Origin: an uncultured Planctomycetaceae bacterium
GTDB lineage: Bacteria; Planctomycetota; Planctomycetia; Isosphaerales; Isosphaeraceae
Length of the DNA: 64,000 nt
Assembly (NCBI GenBank): GCA_963833985.1
Contig: CAWIAD010000002.1
Span: 2,752,001-2,816,000, forward strand
Direction: 5' to 3'
Part shown: in pieces, positions 56,743 to 64,000 of the stretch
Layout of the letters: the number at the start of each line of letters is the position of its first letter
Position numbering within the stretch: position 1 is the stretch's first letter
The notes under the pieces: generated by a model
What the model was told of the DNA's origin: nothing
The model's database searches: none
The model's input: the letters and a program-made list of their open reading frames with translations, nothing else
Made by a program: the position numbers and the translations under genes

Positions 56743-56747
56743 GACCG

Positions 56748-57953
56748 CTAGACTACCTTCCTCAGTCCATTGATCACCGACGAGTTGGCGGCCGTGAGGG
56801 CCGGCACCACCCCGCTCACCAGCCCCACCAGCACGGACACCGCCAGGCCCAGGCTTGCCACGCGCCAGGGCACGAAGAACACCGGCAAGAACCCGTTCGT
56901 GTACCGGGCCACGTCCACCAGGTCGCACAGCGCCTTGCACCCCAGCGTCCCCAATGCGCCCCCCACACTCGCCACCAGCACCGCCTCGGTCAGCACCAGG
57001 AAGAGCACCTTGGCCCTGGAGAAGCCGATTGCCTTGAGGATCGCGACCTCGCTGGTGCGCTCGCGCATCGCCATCGCCATGGCGTTGCCCGCCACGAACA
57101 GCAGCGCCACCACGATCGCCACGCCGATCCCGTAAATTGCGTTTTGCAGGTCGCCCATCATGTCGGCGAACATCTTGCCGAACGCCTCCTCGGTCTGCGT
57201 CCGGGTGGGAAACTCGCTGTTGTGATAGAGGTCGTCGATCTTCTGGCTCACCGCCGGCATGACATCGGCGTTCTTGCACTTGATGAACACCATGCCGGCG
57301 TTCCCCGAAGTCCGCGAGCTGTTCGTGGCCAGCGAGCCGCCGGAGGCCGCGCTCATCGTCACCCGCTTCAGCGACTCATCGAAGTACTCGTAGTGGAACA
57401 GGCACATCCGCAGGTTGCGGTTCGAGGGGCCGTCGTAGATGGCCTTGATGGTGAGGTCCATGTCCACCGGGTAGATGTCGCCCTTCAGCGGCAGCGAGTC
57501 TCCGACCTTCAGGTCCCAGTCGCTGGCCAGACGCCGCCCGATCGCGGCTCCGTCCTGGCTGGCCTGGAAGTCCGCGAGCTGCTTCTCGGGAACGTGGAAT
57601 TCATTGAGCACCTTGAAGACGGTGCCGGCGTCCACGGCAAACTGCGCGAAGGGGAGCTGCTGGTCATGATACTTGCCGCCGTACCAGCTAAATGGGCTGA
57701 CGGCCAGGACGCCGTCGAGCTGCGCGATCTCGGGTACCCGGCCGATGGGCACCATGCCGGCAAACCCGTTCCTGTTCATGCAGATGATGCGGTTGAACAC
57801 CACGTTCGACCGCGCCGCGTCGTCACGCATGGCGAAGAAGGCCAGCAGGATCATCATCAGGAACAGGCAGATCGCCGTGGACGCCACCGTCAGCAGCGTG
57901 CGAATGGGGTTCCTGCGGGCGTTGCGGAAGATGTAGGTGAGGTACTTCATCAT
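56748..57953 (-). CDS. ABC transporter permease (MacB/FtsX family), paralog A
   Basis: RNARRNPIRTLLT, GDSLPLKGD, RERTSEVAILKAIGF; collinear with paralog B. Confidence 0.92.
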   Translation of the reverse strand: MMKYLTYIFRNARRNPIRTLLTVASTAICLFLMMILLAFFAMRDDAARSNVVFNRIICMNRNGFAGMVPIGRVPEIAQLDGVLAVSPFSWYGGKYHDQQLPFAQFAVDAGTVFKVLNEFHVPEKQLADFQASQDGAAIGRRLASDWDLKVGDSLPLKGDIYPVDMDLTIKAIYDGPSNRNLRMCLFHYEYFDESLKRVTMSAASGGSLATNSSRTSGNAGMVFIKCKNADVMPAVSQKIDDLYHNSEFPTRTQTEEAFGKMFADMMGDLQNAIYGIGVAIVVALLFVAGNAMAMAMRERTSEVAILKAIGFSRAKVLFLVLTEAVLVASVGGALGTLGCKALCDLVDVARYTNGFLPVFFVPWRVASLGLAVSVLVGLVSGVVPALTAANSSVINGLRKVV

Positions 57954-58693
57954 GACACCGCCGAGACCCGGGCTTCCTGGATCACGTCATCGACGAGCCG
58001 GCCCTTGTCCAGGTGCAGGATGCGGCTGGCCCGCGCCGCGGCCAGCGGGTCGTGCGTGACCATGACGATCGTCTTTTGAAACTCGCGGTTGAGCAGCTCC
58101 AGGAGGTCGAGGATCTCGCCGGCCGTCGTGCGGTCGAGGTCGCCGGTGGGCTCGTCGGCCACCAGCAGGTACGGATCGGTGACGATCGCGCGGGCAATGG
58201 CCACGCGCTGCTCCTGGCCGCCGGAAAGCTGCCGGGGGTAGTGATGCTCGCGGCTTTCCAGGCCCACGATCCGCAAGGCCGTCATGACGTTCTCGCGGCG
58301 CTTGCGGCGTGAGAGGTGCGTGAGCAGGAGCGGCAGCTCCACGTTCTCGAACGCCGTGAGCACCGGGATCAGGTTGTAGGTCTGGAAAATGAAGCCGACG
58401 TTGTTGGCGCGCCAGCGAGTGATCTCGGCCTCGGAGAGCTCGCCCAGCGGCTGGTCGTGGACGACGACCTCGCCCTTGGTCGCCTGGTCCAGCCCGGCAA
58501 TCAGGTTCAATAGGGTGGTCTTCCCCGATCCCGACGGCCCCATGAGCGCCAGGTACTCGCCCTCCGCCACCTCCAGGTCGAGGCTTGCCAGGACGGGCAC
58601 CACGAATTCGTCCCGGCGATACTCCTTGTACACGCCCCTGAGCACGATCGACGACGTCTGGCCCATGTCAGGAATCACCTTTCGCTTCGCCAC
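57950..58693 (-). CDS. ABC transporter ATP-binding protein (LolD/MacB-like)
   Basis: [26 protein letters not shown]. Confidence 0.95.
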   Translation of the reverse strand: MAKRKVIPDMGQTSSIVLRGVYKEYRRDEFVVPVLASLDLEVAEGEYLALMGPSGSGKTTLLNLIAGLDQATKGEVVVHDQPLGELSEAEITRWRANNVGFIFQTYNLIPVLTAFENVELPLLLTHLSRRKRRENVMTALRIVGLESREHHYPRQLSGGQEQRVAIARAIVTDPYLLVADEPTGDLDRTTAGEILDLLELLNREFQKTIVMVTHDPLAAARASRILHLDKGRLVDDVIQEARVSAVS

Positions 58694-58717
58694 AAAAAAG
58701 TCCCGGCGTCCCAGGCG

Positions 58718-60010
58718 TCATTCGGCGATCCGTACCTCTTCATTGTCTTTGAACGTTTTCGGAGGATTCAGCACCACGGTCTCGCCCGCGGCCAGCCCGG
58801 ACTCGACCCGGGCCAGGTCCTCGCGCGTTGTGGCCACTTCCACCTGCCGCTTCAGGAGCCGCGACCTCGGGCCCACCACCCACACGTAATCGTGCCCGTT
58901 CTGCTGGAACACGGCCGACTTGGAGACGAACAGGTACGATTTCGAGGTCTCCGCTGCGAGGCCCGTCTTGAAGGGAAGGAAGTGGACCGTCGCCGCCAGC
59001 TCGGGGAAGAGTTTCTCGTCCGGGTCGATGATCTCCACCTTCACCTTCACGGTGCCGCGGGTGCGGTCGCCCATGGGGATGATCTGCCGCAGCTTGCCGT
59101 GATAGCGCTTGTTTGGATTGGCGCTCACGGACACCTCCGCGGGCTGGCCCAGCTCGATCCGCGACATCATGTTCTCGGAGATGTCGGTCTCCACGTCCAT
59201 GTGGGCCAGGTCGGCAAGCGTGACCACCGCCGAGCGGCCCAGCGACGAGCTCATGGCCATGGGCGAGATGATCTCGCCCACCTCGCCCTGCTTCTCCACC
59301 ACGGTGCCGTCAAACGGCGCCACAATCTGCATCTGGTACTTGCGGGTGTATTCCATCTCGTCGATATTGGCCTTCATCATCTTGATGGAAGCCTCCAGCG
59401 CCGCCACCTTGGCGGTGGACATCTTGCGCAGCGACGATGCCTTCTCGAAGTCTTCCTGGGGGAGCATCTTCTTGGCCACCAGGCGTTCGGACCGCCTGGC
59501 TTCGCGGTCCTTCTCCCAGAGGTCGGCCTTGGCTTCCTCCAGCTCGGCCCGCGCGCGCTCCATGCCGGCCTTGCGCTGCTCGATCATGGCCAGCAGGTCG
59601 TGATGCTCGATGATGGCCAGGATATCGCCTGTCTTCACCTGGTCGTGCTCCTTGACGCGCATCTCCTCGACACGGCCCGCGACCTTGGTGCCGATCATCG
59701 CCTGCTTCTGAGACTTGAGATAACCCTTGGCGGTGAGCAGCTTCTCGGCCTCGCCGGTGGTCATCTGCTGGACCAGGCCAACGGTCACCTCCGGCCGCGA
59801 GCGCACGCGGTCGTACTCGCGGTAGCCGACAATCCCGGCCCCGCTGACGACCCCCAGCGGTATCAGCCACAGCAGCCACGAAAGCAGCCGCAGCCCGCCC
59901 CCCCGGCGGCGGTATTCGGTACCTGTCTGCCCCTTGCTGCTGGCCGGACGGAACTGGTCCGGCCGCTCGATCTTGAGCGACGCAAGCTCGTCGCGCAGTG
60001 TGCTCGCCAT
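58718..60010 (-). CDS. Periplasmic adaptor / membrane fusion protein (MacA-like)
   Basis: TM anchor, GRVEEMRVKE, coiled coil, IVAPFDGTV, VESGLAAGETVV. Confidence 0.92.
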   Translation of the reverse strand: MASTLRDELASLKIERPDQFRPASSKGQTGTEYRRRGGGLRLLSWLLWLIPLGVVSGAGIVGYREYDRVRSRPEVTVGLVQQMTTGEAEKLLTAKGYLKSQKQAMIGTKVAGRVEEMRVKEHDQVKTGDILAIIEHHDLLAMIEQRKAGMERARAELEEAKADLWEKDREARRSERLVAKKMLPQEDFEKASSLRKMSTAKVAALEASIKMMKANIDEMEYTRKYQMQIVAPFDGTVVEKQGEVGEIISPMAMSSSLGRSAVVTLADLAHMDVETDISENMMSRIELGQPAEVSVSANPNKRYHGKLRQIIPMGDRTRGTVKVKVEIIDPDEKLFPELAATVHFLPFKTGLAAETSKSYLFVSKSAVFQQNGHDYVWVVGPRSRLLKRQVEVATTREDLARVESGLAAGETVVLNPPKTFKDNEEVRIAE

Positions 60011-60137
60011 GAGAGCTCAAAGCCTTTCTGGACCAGGAAACGGACGCCGAGTCCTTGGAACGGCAGGCGAAAGCACCACCCACTTTAGCACAGATCGGTA
60101 TCGGCATCGAGACTGAACTGACCGCCTGCCCAGGCGC

Positions 60138-61877
60138 GGGTGTAAGACGCGGTTCGCGCCGCCCGAGGCCGGTGGTAGCATGTCAAGTCAAGTTTCCCAA
60201 ATTGTCCGTCACCGGAAGTCCAAGGAGGGACCTGCTATGCCTTTCCGTAAGTCACCATCGATGGATCGCACCGGGGTCGAGCAGATGGCCAAAGGGTGGG
60301 GGAAAACTGTGGCGCGACGGGTCCACGAAGAAGTTGGGCCTGACCTGGACCTCGATGCCGACGACATGGAACAAATGGCCATGACCGCGGCCTGTGCCGT
60401 GGCCAAGGGAACCATCGAGGAACTCCTGAAGCAGAAAGCCTCCCTCTTGGGGGCCGAGCAGCCTTGTCCCAACTGCAAGCGGCTCTGTCCGGTGCAACGC
60501 AACGATCGAACCATTGAATTCTGGGGAGGCAAGGTCACCTACGCCGAACCGAAGTGCCACTGCCCGGCATGTCGCCGGGATTTTTTTCCCTCAGCGTCCG
60601 GCCTTGCGCCTCACGCCACATGACTACAGCCCTTCGGTGCTGCGCAAGATCGTCCGTTGCGGTGCCCGGGAGCCCTCCTTCCGGGAGGCGGCCGAGGCGA
60701 TGGCGGAATTGGCCGAGGTGACCATCGGCAGTCGGCAGATCGGCCGCATCGCCCAGGAGGTCGGCCAACAATTGCAGGCCGAGAGAGATCAGCATGTGAG
60801 CGAACTTCAAGCCCATAAGCTCGAGCCGCGAGTCGAGACACGGCCGGCTCTGGCAGTGGTCGAGGTTGACGGCGGCCGGCTGCAGATTCGCGGCCAGGGG
60901 GAAGGGCCCGGTGCCCATGATGCGTCCTGGCGTGAGGACAAGATCGCGATTCTGGCCACCATGGCCAATGTCGTCTCGGACTGCGACCCGGAGCCGGAGT
61001 TGCCCGCCTGCTACCGCGACCGGGGATACGTCGAGAAGCTTGTCGGCGGGATCAGCGGGTCGAGCTCGATGGGCCTACAGGAGGCCCCGGCGGAGAACAT
61101 CGACGAAGCATCTCTGCCGTCCCCCGGGGATCGGTCCGAGCCGAGGGAAAGGCCCGAACTGGTGGTGCGGACTTACGTGGCGAGCACCTGCTCCAGCGAG
61201 CAATTCGGGCCGATGGTGGCCGCGGAGGCGTGGCGACGCAATCTCATGAAAGCGGCTCATCGGGCGTTCCTGGGGGACGGCTCGGCCTGGATCTGGAAAT
61301 TGCAGCAACGGCATTTTCCGACCTTTCTGGCCATCGTTGATTTTCTCCACGCCCTGGGTCACCTGTTCGCGGCCGCCAAGGCTGCGGCGATCGAGACCGA
61401 AGGCCGCTGGGAGTTGTTCCAGGCATGGGCGGAGGCCTGCTGGAAGGGACGCGTGGGCCAGGTGATTGAGGAACTCCGTACCCTGCGAGATGCCCAGGCG
61501 TCCTTATCCGGAGACGAGCTCGAACGGCTGGCCGACGATGACCCGCGCAAGATCATCGCCCAAGAACTCGGCTACCTGGAGCATAATCGAGAGCGGATGG
61601 ACTACCCTGCTTATCGACGCGGGGGATTGCCGTGGACGAGCAGTCACGTGGAGTCGACCGTGAAGATCTTCAACCGGCGGGTCAAGGGGTCGGAGAAATT
61701 CTGGAGCGACGCCGGTGCCGAGACGATGCTTCAGCTTCGAGCGTCGTTCCTCTCGGAGGACGGACGCCTGGATCGGTACCTCAAAGAGAGGCCCAGCAGC
61801 CCCTTCCGCAACTATAAAGCCAGGGAAACTGGGAAAGCGGCGTAGGACCTCAGAAAAACGAACCGTGTCTTACACCC
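60138..61877 (+). mobile_element. ISKra4-family-like insertion sequence (1740 bp) with 9-bp target duplication
   Basis: IRs GGGTGTAAGACGCGGTTCG and CGAACCGTGTCTTACACCC (18/19); flanking CCCAGGCGC at 60129-60137 and 61878-61886. Confidence 0.9.
60237..61845 (+). CDS. ISKra4-like DDE transposase, -1 frameshift at T7CCC (60581-60590)
   Basis: CPNC/CPAC Zn motif, then VEVDGG, FLGDGSAWIW, VDFLHA, RMDYPAYR..GLPWTSSHVESTVK, KGSEKFW. Confidence 0.85.
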
Positions 61878-62693
61878 CCCAGGCGCGCTGGCGGGGCATC
61901 GATTCCCTATATGTGCAACCATGCGTGATACACAAAGAAAGAAGTTCGAAGAACACCGGAAATCGTGGAAGGATCGAGGTGCCAACGCATCCTCTGCAAA
62001 CTCGCGGATGGCGTCGATACACCCTCTACCGGTGGATCAGCACTCTGCACCTCTTGGCCAGGGGCCCCGGGGTTCACGGAATCAGGCCCCACTGGCATGC
62101 AGGAATCCGCGATCGCAAAGCGCTTGGAGTGAATGGTCAAGGAGAAGGTAGTAAAGCGCCTCGATCACGGGAAGTCGGTGTCGGAGAGGTCAAAGACTGC
62201 GATGGCATGCGTGGAAACGCTGCTCAACCTCGGCTCACCGAATTCGGCTCGCCTCAGGCGGGATCCCCTTGTGGCTGCCTCACGGGACGGTATCTCGAAC
62301 GCTGCTCCACAAGTTCAAATCTGCACCCGGTGCCCGTCGATCCCCGCCTCCTTTTCCACTTCCAGGCTTTCGCAAGGAGACGCGATGCCGCACGAGGATC
62401 CGGCGCGCTCTGGCGGAACACGCCGCGGAAGTGCGTCAAGTTCCGGGAGGGGAACGCGGGCGGCCGCTTCCCACGAATGCGATCGCGAACCCGGGCCGGA
62501 CCGTCTGAGCGAGCGCACGGGCGGCGTGCTCTCGGCTGGACGCGGCACAACCGGGTTCAGGGACGCTGATTCTGCCACGCCACGCTAACCCCGCACTCGC
62601 AGCAGCCTGGCGCTGGGGCAGGACAGAGTCGGACCGCGCGCATTTCCCAGCAAGCCGTGGGACTTTCTTTCAAACTCAACAGGAGCCACACCC

Positions 62694-64000
62694 GTGCTTC
62701 GATCCTCACCAAGATCCGGGCGACATGCGGAAGAGCCGCCTCGGCGGCAGGCCGGGCGGCGGTACCGGCGTCCCGCCATCGATTTGCTGGAGAGCCGCCA
62801 GTTGATGGCGGCCGCCTTGACGGCCAGCAGCGTGCCGCTTGTTCCCTCACCTATTGAAGGTCAGTCCTTCACCGGGATCGTCGCCCGTTTCAGCGACGCC
62901 GATTCAAACACCGATCCCACCGCATATGCGGTGTCGGTTCAGTGGGGTGACGGCACGGCCTCGCAGGGCACGGTGACGGTCGATCCGAACGGCGGGTTCG
63001 ATGTCACCGGTACGCACACTTACGCCAGGCCCGGCGCAGTTCCGGCTCACGGCCCAGATCGCCGACCAGGACGCCGACGCGACCTCGATCTCCACCACCA
63101 ACGTGGTCTCCGAGGCCGCCATCACGGCCGCGGGGACGACCATCAACCTGATGCACGGCAGAATGCTGTCGAACGTCGTCGTGGGCACGTTCACAGACGC
63201 TGACCCGGCCCTTCGTGCCTCGGCGTTCTCCGCAACGATCGACTGGGGCGACGGACGAACCTCGGTGGGACGGGTTGTGGCGCTCAGGTCCGGAGGTTTC
63301 GAGGTCCGGGGTTCGCATACTTACGCCGCGCCCGGTTCCTATGCCGCGAGCGTGCACATCCAGCAAGGGAAGCTGGGTAGCCCGGCCCAGTTCTTCACGG
63401 AGTCCGACCTCATCTCCGATGGGTCGATCCCCGCCGACCACATCGACCCGGAGCTGGTCAATCCCTGGGGGCTGGTGGCGAGCGGGGCCAGCCCGTTCTG
63501 GGACGGCAATAACGGAACCGGGACATCCTCGCTCTTTGATGGAGCGGGCAATGTGAGCACGGGTCTGCCCTTCGTCACCGTGCCTCCGCCTGGCGGCAGC
63601 GCGCCGGGAACGACGTCGGCACCTACCGGAATCGTCGCGAACGGGACCTCGTCCTTCGTGGTGAGCTTCACAAACGCCCAGGGCGTGACAACCAGCGGGC
63701 CGTCGGCGTTTCTCTTCGCCACCGAGGACGGCACCATCAGCGGCTGGAACCCCAGGGTCTCGCCCACCGGATCCAGCTTCTCGGTGCAGGCCGTGCTCGG
63801 GGTGGACAACTCGGCCTCGGGTGCGGTTTACAAGGGTTTGACCGAGGTGACCTTCGGTACTGGCGAGGCACTGCCCGCCGGTTCGTACCTGTTCGCCACG
63901 AACTTCCATGCCGGCACGATCGACGTATTCAACTCCAGCTTCCAGCCGGTGAGCGTTCCCGCCGGGGCGTTCCAGGACACCAGTCTGCCCGCCGGCTACG
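62694..64000 (+). CDS. Exported protein: PKD-like repeats plus TIGR03118-family domain, frameshift near 63035, runs off window
   Basis: LLESRQLM export motif; two WGDG..G.HTY repeats; DPELVNPWGL, PFW..NNGTG, PTGIV, FLFATEDGTISGWN, GAVYKGL. Confidence 0.8.

Overview
GC-rich bacterial DNA, most likely a planctomycete (Isosphaeraceae-like). This is inferred from the LE(S/P)RxLL-type export motif, Zn-ribbon SpoVG, HEAT/LRR/DUF1080/VIT-VWA proteins and an 'RFSIRG'-type N-terminus. Most of the window is housekeeping or metabolic: fused bioD-bioA, family-4 UDG, ligA, grpE-like, ispE-spoVG, nnrD-larB, ROK/SIS/radical SAM, GH127 and a MacB-type ABC exporter with three permeases. About ten single-base frameshifts, two of them in ligA, look like long-read assembly errors. 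The accessory core is a visibly lower-GC island at about 36.2-46.6 kb. It holds a kinase fragment, an IS3 element, an AlkB fragment, and an HTH-ImmA/IrrE-peptidase plus PIN pair. That pair is transcribed divergently, from back-to-back promoters, from an intact CBASS operon (CD-NTase ending FHGD, stand-alone E2-like protein, patatin), followed by a TIR protein. The island is bracketed by copies of a CAWTGCMTGTCCTTT motif with stuttered junction duplications. The same motif forms the inverted ends of an adjacent HUH/Y1 (RAYT-like) transposase element carrying REP-type repeats. An ISKra4-like IS with a 9-bp target duplication lies at 60.1-61.9 kb. All family calls come from motif recognition by eye; no database searches were run.
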